Positions 8,986-19,224 of a stretch of DNA of 64,000 nucleotides are shown here, one piece after another. The stretch comes from Bdellovibrionales bacterium (GTDB lineage Bacteria > Bdellovibrionota > Bdellovibrionia > Bdellovibrionales > UBA1609): NCBI GenBank assembly GCA_027317865.1, contig DAHVQG010000005.1, forward strand, positions 136,209 to 200,208, given 5' to 3'. Both the position numbers and the translations under genes were made by a program. How positions within the stretch are numbered: the first letter of the stretch is position 1; each line of letters begins with the position of its first letter. Below the pieces are notes generated by a model. That model did no database searches. It worked only from the letters and a program-made list of their open reading frames with translations, and was not told the origin of the DNA.

Positions 8986-10695
8986 ATGAGGAATTCGAGG
9001 GGTAAAATGTTGCAATTTAGCGCCGTAATCGCGGGCCTTTTTTGTTTTTTGTTCGTGCCGAATGCATTGGCTGCTCCAAAACACTTACGCGGCCATTTTG
9101 TTGGCCACCACCAAATGCGGCCGTCAGAGGATGTAATTGGCAATCCGAATGCGCCGGTTGGTGGGACTTTTTCTACGACCCTTGATGCCGAGCCGGATTC
9201 GTTAAATCCGTTAAAATCGACAGATGCCTATGGGGCTGCCGTTCAAAGTTATTGTTTCGACACGCTATTGCAACACAACATTCAAAACTATCAATATGAA
9301 CCAAGTTTGGCCGTTCGATGGTCGGTTGCTCCTAACGGGAAATATTATACCTTTTGGCTTCGAAAAGACGCTAAATTTACGGACGGAGAGCCGGTTACGG
9401 CTTCTGACGTCAAATTTAGTTTCGACGCCTTTAACAACCCCAAGCTCGCGGACGCTGTTAACGAAGTATATTTTCAAAATATCGCCAGCGCGAAAGTTCT
9501 TGGACCGTACGAAGTTCGTTTTTATGTTAAGAGAAAATATTTTCTAAACCTCGATACCATCGCGACGATGGATATTTTGCCAAAATCGGTTTACGGCAAC
9601 CCGAAAAAAAATATGTCCAGGCAAATCGTCGGATCCGGTCCGTATAAACTTGCCAAGTTTAATCAAGGCCAAGAAATCGTACTTGTTCGAAACAATAATT
9701 GGTGGGGGTTTAAAACACCGCAAAATCGCGGGTTTTATAAATTTAAAAAAATTATTTTCAGAGTGATAACCAATCAAACCGCTCAACTCGAGGCGCTCGA
9801 ACGCGGGGATCTCAGTTTTCTTGGGCTGACCCCCGAGCAATTTGTGAAAAAGACTTCGGGTTACCCTTGGGGTAAAAAAGTTTTTAAAAGGCAGGTTGAA
9901 AATTCAATACCACACACGGAAGGTTTTATCGGGCTCAATTTTGCATATCCTTTATTTAAGGACGTGCGTGTGCGGCGTGCCTTGTCGCTTCTTTTGAATC
10001 GCAAGCTTATGATCCAAAAGTTTTATTTTAACAAATATTCGGCCGCGACAGGGCCGTGGTATAGCAAGAGCCCTGACGCCGACCCTCGTGCGAAGCCTTT
10101 TGCATATAATCCGTCTTTAGCGCGTAAACTTCTAAAAGAAGCGGGGTGGGCGGATACGAATCACGACGGTGTTCTTGATAAAATGATCAACGGCCATCGG
10201 GTGGATTTTCGTTTTTCAGTTATAAATGGCGGCGGGCCATGGGCGAAAATTTTGACTTTTTATCAGCAAGAACTACGTAAAAACGGAATTCAGCTAATCA
10301 TCAAACAGGTCGACTGGAATTCGCTTGAAACAGATATCAATGAGGGCAAATTTCAAGCGGTTGCTATGGCCTGGGGTGGTGTTGTTTACAATGACCCGAA
10401 GCAAATTTGGGCATCGAGCAGCCACGTCAACGGCGGGTCTAACTTTATCGGATATTCGAATCCGAAGGTTGATCGGTTGATCAATGAGGCTCGTGAGGAT
10501 TTAAATCTGAGAACGCGTGAACCAATGATGCATGAGATTTATTCTCTTATTCGAAACGATTACCCGTACATTTTCTTGTGGAGTCCGAAATACAGTCTCT
10601 ACGCGTATGACAGCAAAATGCATATGCTACGGCCGACTTATAAATACGATATCGGCACTGGGACATGGTGGGCGAACGAAAAAGTGGCTCCGTAA
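8986..10695 (+). CDS. Peptide/nickel ABC transporter substrate-binding protein (family 5, OppA/DppA-like)
   Basis: Signal peptide; LA..W.V..NGK.YTF.LR...KF.DG.PVTA.DVKFS family signature; GSGPYK; D.RVRRALS. Confidence 0.92.
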   Translation: MRNSRGKMLQFSAVIAGLFCFLFVPNALAAPKHLRGHFVGHHQMRPSEDVIGNPNAPVGGTFSTTLDAEPDSLNPLKSTDAYGAAVQSYCFDTLLQHNIQNYQYEPSLAVRWSVAPNGKYYTFWLRKDAKFTDGEPVTASDVKFSFDAFNNPKLADAVNEVYFQNIASAKVLGPYEVRFYVKRKYFLNLDTIATMDILPKSVYGNPKKNMSRQIVGSGPYKLAKFNQGQEIVLVRNNNWWGFKTPQNRGFYKFKKIIFRVITNQTAQLEALERGDLSFLGLTPEQFVKKTSGYPWGKKVFKRQVENSIPHTEGFIGLNFAYPLFKDVRVRRALSLLLNRKLMIQKFYFNKYSAATGPWYSKSPDADPRAKPFAYNPSLARKLLKEAGWADTNHDGVLDKMINGHRVDFRFSVINGGGPWAKILTFYQQELRKNGIQLIIKQVDWNSLETDINEGKFQAVAMAWGGVVYNDPKQIWASSSHVNGGSNFIGYSNPKVDRLINEAREDLNLRTREPMMHEIYSLIRNDYPYIFLWSPKYSLYAYDSKMHMLRPTYKYDIGTGTWWANEKVAP

Positions 10696-10705
10696 GGTTT
10701 GTTTT

Positions 10706-11764
10706 ATGTGGAAATATATTGTTCGAAGACTTCTGATTATGATCCCGACGCTGTTCGGGATCTGTCTTTTTTCGTTTGTCATTATTAATATGGCTCCGGG
10801 TGGTCCGATTGAACAGCGGATCGAGCAACTTCGATTCGCTGGGGCGGCCGGCGGTTTTGCGGGGCGCGGTGGTAGTGAGGCGCTCGCCAACAGCCAGTCC
10901 GGAATTCCACAGAACGTGATTAATGCGCTAAAAAAACAGTACGGTTTTGATAAACCGTTACCGGTCCGTTTTTGGATTTGGCTCAAAGATGTTTGCACTC
11001 TAAATTTTGGCAATAGCTTTAGTTATGACGAGCCTGTCACTCAGCTCATACTAAGCAAAATGCCGGTGTCGTTACAGTTCGGAATTGCCTCACTTATTCT
11101 TACATACCTCGTGTGTATTCCGCTTGGAGTGATGAAGGCGGTGCGCGATGGTACGCCTTTTGATTCCGTATCGAGTTTTATTTTGTTTCTTCTCTATTCA
11201 ATCCCGCCGCTCATGCTTGGAATTTTGCTTATGGTTTATTTTGCCGGTGGTTCGTATTTTCATTGGTTCCCGGCCATAGGCACTATTTCTGATAATTACG
11301 CGTCACTTACGTTTTGGGGCAAAGTGTGGGACCGAGTTCATCACTTTGTATTGCCGCTCATTTGTTACATGGTTAACAGTTTTACCGCCCTCACGTTTTT
11401 GATGAAAAACTCGCTTCTTGACGAGATTCGACTTGAATATGTGCGCACGGCTCGCGCCAAAGGTTTGAGCGAAAAAATTGTCGTGTATAAACATGCATTG
11501 CGCAACGCCTTGATTCCGATCGTCACAGGGATGGGCGGATTTTTGGGAATATTCTTAGCGGGTTCTATTATCATCGAACAGATTTTTTCACTCGATGGTA
11601 TCGGTCTTTTAGGTTACAACTCGGCACTCAGCCGCGACTACAACGTTCTAATGGCGCTTATTTTTATTTCAGCCGTATTAACGCTGTTTGGCCGACTTAT
11701 CAGTGATTTGCTTTATGTTGTTGTCGACCCGCGCATTCACTTCGACGGGCGAGACGATGGTTAA
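10706..11764 (+). CDS. Peptide ABC transporter permease (OppB/YejB-like)
   Basis: YIVRRLL..IPTL, YGFDKP, EYVRTARAKGL EAA loop, HALRNALIP, DPRI. Confidence 0.92.
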   Translation: MWKYIVRRLLIMIPTLFGICLFSFVIINMAPGGPIEQRIEQLRFAGAAGGFAGRGGSEALANSQSGIPQNVINALKKQYGFDKPLPVRFWIWLKDVCTLNFGNSFSYDEPVTQLILSKMPVSLQFGIASLILTYLVCIPLGVMKAVRDGTPFDSVSSFILFLLYSIPPLMLGILLMVYFAGGSYFHWFPAIGTISDNYASLTFWGKVWDRVHHFVLPLICYMVNSFTALTFLMKNSLLDEIRLEYVRTARAKGLSEKIVVYKHALRNALIPIVTGMGGFLGIFLAGSIIIEQIFSLDGIGLLGYNSALSRDYNVLMALIFISAVLTLFGRLISDLLYVVVDPRIHFDGRDDG

Positions 11765-11791
11765 CGGTATGACAATAGTTGAAGGACATCG

Positions 11792-12814
11792 ATGATCGAG
11801 CGCTGGGTACAAAATCCGCTGCTTTTAAAACGCATTCGCCGCTTTAAGAAAATGAAGCGGGCGGTTGTCGCGTCTTGGATTTTTGCTTTTATGCTCCTTT
11901 TGAGCCTGACGGCCAATTTGTGGGCAAATTCAAAACCGATTGTAATGGATTTTCACGGCAAGATTTATTGGCCCGTTTTTAAATCCTATTACCCCACAGT
12001 ATTTGGCGAGAATAACAGGCTCATTACCAATTATCGCAAATTAAAACTTGGCAAAGGTGACTGGGCCATTTGGCCACCGGTTCGGTGGAACCCGTATGAA
12101 AGCAACTTGTCTGTTGCGAATTATCCATCCCCACCATCAAAGCAAAATTGGTTTGGAACAGATTCAAGCGGCCGCGACGTTCTATCACGTCTTATTTATG
12201 GATTTCGCTACAGTATTTCTTACGCACTTCTCGTATGGATCGCAACTTATGTTTTGGGGACAATTGCCGGTGCGATCATGGGATATTGGGGCGGGCCAAT
12301 TGATTTGTGGGGCCAGCGTGTGGTTGAGGTTTTTGAATCGATGCCGGGGCTACTACTGCTCATCACATTAATTTCGATTTTCAGCGCGACCCTGCCTCTG
12401 TTGATTGTATTTACAACCATTTTCGGTTGGATGTCGATTTCGCTTTATATGCGCGCTGAGTTTTTACGTCTTCGCAATCGCGAGTTTGTTGAAAGCGCGC
12501 GCGCGCTCGGCGCCTCGCGCTGGCGAGTGATTTTTGGACACATTTTGCCAAATGCTTTGAGCCCAATTTTCACCTTCAGTTCGTTTTCTATCGCGAGTTC
12601 CATAGCTTCATTAGCCGCTTTGGATTATTTGGGATTTGGTCTTCCGCCGCCAACTCCGAGTTGGGGCGAGCTTTTAAATGAAGCTCAAAAGAACTTTACT
12701 ATTGCCTGGTGGCTCGCGGTTTTTCCTTCGCTTGCGTTGTTTATTACGCTAGTTGTTCTGAATTTAATTGGTGAAGGAGTGCGTGAAGCATTCGATCCGC
12801 GCAAAGTGAGTTAG
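11792..12814 (+). CDS. Peptide ABC transporter permease (OppC/YejE-like)
   Basis: WFGTD..GRDVLSRLIYG, EFVESARALGA, HILPN, PSWG, AFDPR. Confidence 0.92.
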   Translation: MIERWVQNPLLLKRIRRFKKMKRAVVASWIFAFMLLLSLTANLWANSKPIVMDFHGKIYWPVFKSYYPTVFGENNRLITNYRKLKLGKGDWAIWPPVRWNPYESNLSVANYPSPPSKQNWFGTDSSGRDVLSRLIYGFRYSISYALLVWIATYVLGTIAGAIMGYWGGPIDLWGQRVVEVFESMPGLLLLITLISIFSATLPLLIVFTTIFGWMSISLYMRAEFLRLRNREFVESARALGASRWRVIFGHILPNALSPIFTFSSFSIASSIASLAALDYLGFGLPPPTPSWGELLNEAQKNFTIAWWLAVFPSLALFITLVVLNLIGEGVREAFDPRKVS

Positions 12815-12861
12815 TCTAGGCTGACGTAGCGTCAAGGTCGCAAAAAACTGCAAATCAAAAT

Positions 12862-14796
12862 TTAATCTTCGAGGTATGTATAACCAGCAAGGCCTTCTTC
12901 GTAATGTTTCATGAGAAGCCGTGCCTCGGTATGACTGAGAGAACCCGATAAAATTGATTGTTCGGTTGCCTTGCGCACAAGTTCAACAAGTTCAGACCGG
13001 CCGTAGTCGAGGTAACTCAAAACTTCAGTAACCGTGTCACCGTAAAGAACGTGGTCAACCGTGTAAGTGCCGTTTTCGTTGATCGTAATATGAACGGTAT
13101 CTGTGTCGCCAAATAGATTGTGAAGATCGCCCAATATTTCTTGATAAGCTCCGGCAAGAAACGCTCCCAAATAATAGGGTTGACCGGGGATTAGATCGTG
13201 AACCTCGATATAGCCTTGTTCGCTGCCCGCGTCGGTGTCGATAAAATGTTCAAGTTTGCCGTCTGAATCGCAAGTCAGATCGGCAATGGTCGCGCGACGG
13301 TCAGGTCGTTCTTCTAATCGATGAATTGGCATTACCGGAAAAACTTGATTAACAGCCCATGAATCGGGCAGAGACTGAAACACAGAAAAATTACAAAAAT
13401 ACGTATCAGAGAGTTCTCTTTGTAAATTCCAATAAATGTCTTCGGCGTCGGCTCCCGCGTCTTTCGCAATTTTGGTCATCTTCGTTGAAATCGCCCAGTA
13501 TAAATCTTCGGCTTTTGCGCGTTGTTCGAGACTGAGGCCGCCAAACGAAAAGAGTTGCAAGGTGTCGTTTTTCTTCTCAATGAGATCGTTATAAAACTCG
13601 TTGATATTTTTGTGATTCACATTTTCATAAATGTAGAGAAGGTCTTTGACGAGCAAAGAATCTTTTTTATCGATCGTAAACGGTAACGAATGTTTTTGTA
13701 CTTCGTTCATGCCGAGCACGTCAAAAATCAAAATTGAACTGTGAGCCACGAGCGCACGACCGGATTCTGAAATGATATTGGGATGGGGTACGTTGCGTTC
13801 ATCACAAATCGCTTGCAAAATTGACACGACGTCGTTGGCGTATTCCTGTTCACTGTAATTGGTCGAACTGTCTGTTTTTCCGGTACCATCGTAATCAACA
13901 CCAAGACCGCCGCCGACATCGATATATTTGGGGGATGCGCCGAGGGTAAATAGTTCGGTAAAAAATCGAGCCGCTTCTTTAATAGATGCCTTAATCGCTT
14001 GAATCGAAGGCACCTGCGAACCGATGTGAAAGTGCAAAAGCTCGAGACAGTCGAGCATGTTTTCATTTTTTAAAATGTCGATCGCGTGCACAATTTCAGA
14101 TGGAGTGAGCCCAAACTTCGATCGAGCTCCTGAAGACTCGACCCACTTGCCCGAACCTTGCGTATTAAGTTTGGCACGAAATCCGATCTTGGGTTTAATA
14201 TTCAATTTTTTTGATGAAGCGATGATGATCGAAAGTTCGGCCAAACGATCAACAACGATAAACGTGCTACGCCCCAATTTTTGCGACAAAAGCGCCGTTT
14301 CAATATACTCGACGTCTTTAAAACCGTTGCAGATAATGTGCGCATGCGGGGTATCCATAAACGCGAGCGCAATCAAAAGTTCGGGTTTACTGCCGCACTC
14401 AAGTCCGAGACTATTTTCTTTACCGAAATCGACAATTTCTTCAAGAAGGTGGCGTTGCTGATTGACTTTAATCGGATAAACGCCCGTGTAGGTACCTTGA
14501 AAACCATTCTCTCGAATTGAGTTCTGAAAACACTGCGAGATAAGAGCCACACGGGTCTGAACTATGTTGGGAATTCGAACTAAAATCGGCGGGCGGACAC
14601 CACGATCAACAAGATCTTGAACTAGGCGATGCAGATCAAGTCCTGGTTTGTCTTTAAATGCCGTCACTTCGACATTGCCGGAGGAGTTTATGCGAAAAAA
14701 CCCTGAACCCCAACTGTTGATGCCGTAAAGCTCCGCACTTTTTTCAACCGACCAGCTCATATTTGGCTCGTGGCCCGTCTCCATTTCGAAGTTCAC
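12862..14796 (-). CDS. speA: Biosynthetic arginine decarboxylase
   Basis: YPIKVNQ PLP lysine, HFHIGSQ, DVGGGLG, ESGRA, TCDSDG, GAYQEILGDLHNLFG. Exact start uncertain (14796, 14784 or 14760). Confidence 0.95.
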   Translation of the reverse strand: MNFEMETGHEPNMSWSVEKSAELYGINSWGSGFFRINSSGNVEVTAFKDKPGLDLHRLVQDLVDRGVRPPILVRIPNIVQTRVALISQCFQNSIRENGFQGTYTGVYPIKVNQQRHLLEEIVDFGKENSLGLECGSKPELLIALAFMDTPHAHIICNGFKDVEYIETALLSQKLGRSTFIVVDRLAELSIIIASSKKLNIKPKIGFRAKLNTQGSGKWVESSGARSKFGLTPSEIVHAIDILKNENMLDCLELLHFHIGSQVPSIQAIKASIKEAARFFTELFTLGASPKYIDVGGGLGVDYDGTGKTDSSTNYSEQEYANDVVSILQAICDERNVPHPNIISESGRALVAHSSILIFDVLGMNEVQKHSLPFTIDKKDSLLVKDLLYIYENVNHKNINEFYNDLIEKKNDTLQLFSFGGLSLEQRAKAEDLYWAISTKMTKIAKDAGADAEDIYWNLQRELSDTYFCNFSVFQSLPDSWAVNQVFPVMPIHRLEERPDRRATIADLTCDSDGKLEHFIDTDAGSEQGYIEVHDLIPGQPYYLGAFLAGAYQEILGDLHNLFGDTDTVHITINENGTYTVDHVLYGDTVTEVLSYLDYGRSELVELVRKATEQSILSGSLSHTEARLLMKHYEEGLAGYTYLED

Positions 14797-14802
14797 TTTA
14801 GT

Positions 14803-17187
14803 TCACTTCACAATCAAATTCAAAATTTTGCCAGGTTTATAAATGACCTTCGTTAATGCCATACTTCCTATGGCATTCGCAACTGTATTTATCGATTTTG
14901 CCAACTTTATCGCTTCTTCTTCGGTTGTAGTGGCGCTCACTCGAATGCTCCCGCGGGCTTTGCCGTTCACTTGCACGCCCATCTCTATTGTATCGTCGAT
15001 CGTTAGAGCCTCATCGTAGCTCGGCCAGGGCGCCAGAGAAACCAAACCTTCGCCTCCTAACCGATTCCAAATCTCTTCTGCTATGTGTGGTGCAAATGGG
15101 GCCATGAGCTGCGACAGCGTTCTAAGCATGGCTCGGGGGCGGACGTCAGCTTTGTAAATATCGTTCGTTAAAATCATCATAGCCGATACGGCCGTGTTGA
15201 AATTGAGAGATTCGATGTCTTCTCCCACTTTCTTTATTGTTTTGTGGAGCTGCTTGAGGAGTGTTTCAGGTATGTGATCCGCATCGCTGACAACAATTTT
15301 GTCATTTTCGTCGAAGCACAATCGCCAGACGCGATCAAGAAAACGGCGCACCCCCTCGATGCCTTTTGTATCCCATGGTTTATCTTTATCAAACGGGCCG
15401 AGAAACGAAATGTACATGCGGCAGGCGTCGGCGCCGTAAGCGTTGCGGACGTCATCGGGATTGACGACGTTGCCTCGCGACTTGGACATGCGTTGGCCGT
15501 CCGGCCCCATGACAACGCCTTGGTGAACGAGCTTTTGGAATGGCTCATCCGTCGAAACTAGGCCGCAATCGTATAAAACCTTATGCCAAAATCGAGAATA
15601 CAGCAGGTGGCCAACGGTGTGTTCGGCGCCGCCGAGATAGAGATCAACCGGCATCCAATATTTTTGCGCTTCAAACGAAAACGGCGCCGTTTTATTTTTC
15701 GGATCTGTATATCTCAAAAAATACCAGCTTGAGCCGGCTGATCCGGGCATTGTGTCGGTATCGCGTTTAGCGCCGCTGGGGTGGTTGACAAAGTTCGGCA
15801 CCCGCGCAAGCGGAGGTTCACCTTTTTCTGTTGGTTGGTAATCAGCGACTTCGGGTAGTGTGAGCGGCAATTCTTCAAATGGCAATGCCCGTGTCGAGCC
15901 GTCGTTTTCGTGGAGAATTGGAATGGGCTCTCCCCAATAGCGTTGTCGGCTAAAAAGCCAATCGCGAAGTTTATATTGAATTTTTCGCTCGCCGAGTTTG
16001 CGTTTTTCAACTTCTTCAATTGCGCGCGAAATCGCGGCCGTTTTAGTTAGCCCGTTTAAAAAATCGGAATTTACCGCAACGCCGTCGCCTTCAAATGGGA
16101 GGGCATCTCCTCCCTCTACAACTTTGACAATTGGTAAACTGAATTTAGTGGCAAACTCGAAATCACGCGCGTCATGTGCGGGTACCGCCATTATGGCTCC
16201 GGTACCGTAATCCATGAGGACGTAATCGGCTATCCAGACGGGGATCTGAGTCTTAGTAAACGGATTCATTGCATAGGAGCCCGTGAATACTCCCGTTTTT
16301 TCGTTAGCGACTTTTCGGTCCACTTCGCTTTTTTGCTTGGTGCGTTCACAATAAGAGCGCACGGCGCTTTTTTGATCCGCAGTGGTGAGTTTTGTAACAA
16401 GTGGATGCTCAGGCGCTAAAACCATAAAAGTCGCGCCATAAATAGTGTCAGGTCGGGTCGTGAAAATTTCGATGGAACCGGCTGGCGATTCAAACCGTAC
16501 AAGTGCCCCTTCGCTTTTGCCAATCCAGTTGCGTTGCCCTTCTTTGGTGGCTTCAGGCCAATCAACGGTATCAAGACCGCTAAGTAAGCGCTCCGCATAC
16601 TCGGTGATTTTCAACATCCACTGGCGCATATTCACGCGCACGACCGGGTGGCCCCCGCGCTCGCTTTTGCCGTCGACGACTTCTTCATTGGCCAAAACCG
16701 TGCGAAGTTCGGGGCACCAGTTTACGGGCGCTTCTTTTTGATAAGCAAGTCCGCGTTCATAGAGTTTTAAAAAAATAAACTGTGTCCATTTATAAAATTC
16801 CGGCTCGCATGTTGAAACTTCACGATTCCAATCGAAACTATACCCGAACGACTGCAGTTGCCGCCGAAAGTTGGCGATGGCCTTATTGGTGGTAGTAGCG
16901 GGATGAATGCCAGTCTGAATCGCATACTGTTCAGCCGGAAGTCCAAAAGCATCGTAGCCCATGGGGTGAAGTACATTAAATCCACGTGCACGTTTATAAC
17001 GAGCTACAATGTCTGTAGGCGTATACGAAGCAAGGTGACCGACGTGAAGGCCGGCTCCTGATGGATATGGGAACATATCCAGCGCGTAGAACTTCGGGCG
17101 TTGAGGGTCCAGGTGCGCTGCAAAACTTTGTTGATCAGCCCATACCTTTTGCCATTTGCTTTCAATTTCTAAGTGTCGAAAAGCCAT
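14803..17187 (-). CDS. leuS: Leucine--tRNA ligase
   Basis: MFPYPSGAGLHVGH (HIGH motif), FTTRPDT editing domain, RMSKS (KMSKS motif), DWLFSRQRYWGEP. Confidence 0.98.
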   Translation of the reverse strand: MAFRHLEIESKWQKVWADQQSFAAHLDPQRPKFYALDMFPYPSGAGLHVGHLASYTPTDIVARYKRARGFNVLHPMGYDAFGLPAEQYAIQTGIHPATTTNKAIANFRRQLQSFGYSFDWNREVSTCEPEFYKWTQFIFLKLYERGLAYQKEAPVNWCPELRTVLANEEVVDGKSERGGHPVVRVNMRQWMLKITEYAERLLSGLDTVDWPEATKEGQRNWIGKSEGALVRFESPAGSIEIFTTRPDTIYGATFMVLAPEHPLVTKLTTADQKSAVRSYCERTKQKSEVDRKVANEKTGVFTGSYAMNPFTKTQIPVWIADYVLMDYGTGAIMAVPAHDARDFEFATKFSLPIVKVVEGGDALPFEGDGVAVNSDFLNGLTKTAAISRAIEEVEKRKLGERKIQYKLRDWLFSRQRYWGEPIPILHENDGSTRALPFEELPLTLPEVADYQPTEKGEPPLARVPNFVNHPSGAKRDTDTMPGSAGSSWYFLRYTDPKNKTAPFSFEAQKYWMPVDLYLGGAEHTVGHLLYSRFWHKVLYDCGLVSTDEPFQKLVHQGVVMGPDGQRMSKSRGNVVNPDDVRNAYGADACRMYISFLGPFDKDKPWDTKGIEGVRRFLDRVWRLCFDENDKIVVSDADHIPETLLKQLHKTIKKVGEDIESLNFNTAVSAMMILTNDIYKADVRPRAMLRTLSQLMAPFAPHIAEEIWNRLGGEGLVSLAPWPSYDEALTIDDTIEMGVQVNGKARGSIRVSATTTEEEAIKLAKSINTVANAIGSMALTKVIYKPGKILNLIVK

Positions 17188-17207
17188 GTCTCCGTTATTC
17201 TAAGAGT

Positions 17208-18203
17208 ATGTCTTCAAAGTCGCAAAACGAAAAAAGAAAAATTTTAGCGGTCGACGACGACTCTGAAAGCCTTAAGATCATCAGTCAAGCCTTGCTTTGG
17301 GAGGGTTATCAGATCGAAACGGCGACTTCCGGCCGTGAAGCGCTCGACAAAATCGCCAATTGGGCGCCAAACCTGGTTCTACTTGACGTGAATATGCCCG
17401 ATTTAGACGGCCTCGATACGCTAAAACTGTTACGAAAAAGCGCCGATTACGTGACGACGATTTTCGTTTCTGCACAGTCCGAATCAGAAGACATCATTCG
17501 CGGGCTTGATGCGGGCGCGGACGATTATATATGTAAGCCGTTTAACCCGGCGGAACTTTTGGCGCGCATACGCTGCCACCTTCGCATCAAAGACATTCGC
17601 GATGAATTGAATCGTGCCAACTCGAAGCTCAAAGAACTTGTTGATACAGACGACCTCACGGGTCTTTTTAATATGCGTTCTCTTTATCAGAAACTCGATT
17701 TTGAGATTAACCGTGCAGCTCGCTATGACCGAATGGTCTCAGCCATCATGCTCGATATGGATCATTTCAAACTGGTTAACGACGGCAATGACCATCTTTT
17801 TGGCAGTTTTGTGTTGTCACAAATAGGCCAGATTATTCGCGACAATATTCGAAATGTCGATTTTGGAGCGCGCTACGGCGGCGACGAATTTCTCGTGATT
17901 TTGACAGAGACGAGTCTTGAGGGGACACGGGTTTTTTGCGAGCGTCTGCGACATCTTATTGAATCTCATATCTTTCAAAACGAACAACATCATCAGCAAA
18001 TGACCGCCAGTTTTGGTTTTGCCGTCGCCGGACACGAAAATAGAGGTATCGACGCGCGTACACTTGTGCGTTATGCTGACCGCGCTTTGTACCGTGCTAA
18101 AGAAAGCGGCCGCAATTGCGTCGTGGGACATGAAACTGACAACGATAATTTCGCTCAAAAGCCTCAGGTTTATTTTCGCGCGACCAAACGCCGATCGGGG
18201 TAG
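17208..18203 (+). CDS. Response-regulator diguanylate cyclase (REC-GGDEF)
   Basis: REC domain (AVDDD, LLDVNMP, KPF); D.LTGL.N; intact RYGGDEF with RNVD I-site; AKESGRN. Confidence 0.93.
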   Translation: MSSKSQNEKRKILAVDDDSESLKIISQALLWEGYQIETATSGREALDKIANWAPNLVLLDVNMPDLDGLDTLKLLRKSADYVTTIFVSAQSESEDIIRGLDAGADDYICKPFNPAELLARIRCHLRIKDIRDELNRANSKLKELVDTDDLTGLFNMRSLYQKLDFEINRAARYDRMVSAIMLDMDHFKLVNDGNDHLFGSFVLSQIGQIIRDNIRNVDFGARYGGDEFLVILTETSLEGTRVFCERLRHLIESHIFQNEQHHQQMTASFGFAVAGHENRGIDARTLVRYADRALYRAKESGRNCVVGHETDNDNFAQKPQVYFRATKRRSG

Positions 18204-18209
18204 ACCCCA

Positions 18210-19214
18210 ATGACCGATAACTCCGCGCTTTCGAATCGCACCTCAAGAATTCGCTCCATTGCCGCGTATGCCTCATTGCTGATTAGCATTGTTGTTTTAT
18301 TCTTGAAAATTTGGGCCTTTCATAAAACCGGGTCTCAGGCCATTTACTCCGATGCGGTCGAGAGTATTGTGAATATTATTACGGCCATCGTTGCCATTGG
18401 CGTTATTGTTTACGCATCAAAGCCGGTGGATAAGGATCATCCCTACGGTCACGGCAAAATCGAATATGTTTCGGCGGCATTTGAAGGTGGGCTAATTTCA
18501 TTTGCCGCAATTCTCGTTATTTTTGATGCGGTCAAGGCGCAATTTCATCACGAACAGCTCAGCCAACTTTCGGCGGGTCTTTGGCTTCTCGTTGCTTGCG
18601 CACTCATTAACTGGGGCGCCGGTTATTTTCTAAAATTTATGGGCAAAAAACATGCCTCGCCGGCTCTCGAGTCGTCAGGAGTTCATCTTCTTACTGATTT
18701 TGGCACCACAGTTGGCGCCCTTGTCGGCGTTGCCCTTGTCAAATCGACTGGATTAAATTGGATTGACCGTGCGGTTGCGGTATTGCTCGGGTTATGGATG
18801 GGTTCAGTTGGGTTAAAATTGGTTCGACAGTCGGCTTCGGGTCTACTTGATGCCGAAGATCTCAAGCTCTTAGAGCGCCTTGCCGTACTATTCCAAAAAT
18901 TTGCATCGAATGGAATCATTCAAATTCATCACGCGCGCATCATTCGATCGGGGTGGTATCATCATATAGATGCCCATGTTGTTGTTCCTGAATTTTGGAG
19001 CATCAACGAAGCCCACGCGCGTCTTGAGCAATTTGAGGCGTCGGTATTTGAAGCTTATGGTTATAGAGGAGAGGCCAATTTTCATCTCGACCCATGTAAG
19101 CGAAAATACTGCGCCGGTTGCGACTTTCCGGATTGTCCTGTGCGCCGTGAAAAATTTGTCCGTCGCATGCCCGTTGTACTGGAACATTTACGTTCTAAAG
19201 AAGAACCGGTATAG
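18210..19214 (+). CDS. Cation diffusion facilitator (FieF-like) with Cys-rich tail
   Basis: SDAVES, HPYGHGKIE, HLLTD, multiple TM helices, C-terminal H.D.H. Confidence 0.9.
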   Translation: MTDNSALSNRTSRIRSIAAYASLLISIVVLFLKIWAFHKTGSQAIYSDAVESIVNIITAIVAIGVIVYASKPVDKDHPYGHGKIEYVSAAFEGGLISFAAILVIFDAVKAQFHHEQLSQLSAGLWLLVACALINWGAGYFLKFMGKKHASPALESSGVHLLTDFGTTVGALVGVALVKSTGLNWIDRAVAVLLGLWMGSVGLKLVRQSASGLLDAEDLKLLERLAVLFQKFASNGIIQIHHARIIRSGWYHHIDAHVVVPEFWSINEAHARLEQFEASVFEAYGYRGEANFHLDPCKRKYCAGCDFPDCPVRREKFVRRMPVVLEHLRSKEEPV

Positions 19215-19224
19215 CATTTTTCAA

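Noticed and set aside
17061-17207. Extended N-termini given by the ORF track for the cyclase (and likewise the OppB-like permease, trmB, the hydrolase and coaE)
   Set aside because: The extensions overlap neighbouring genes and precede the family-conserved starts, so they were trimmed.
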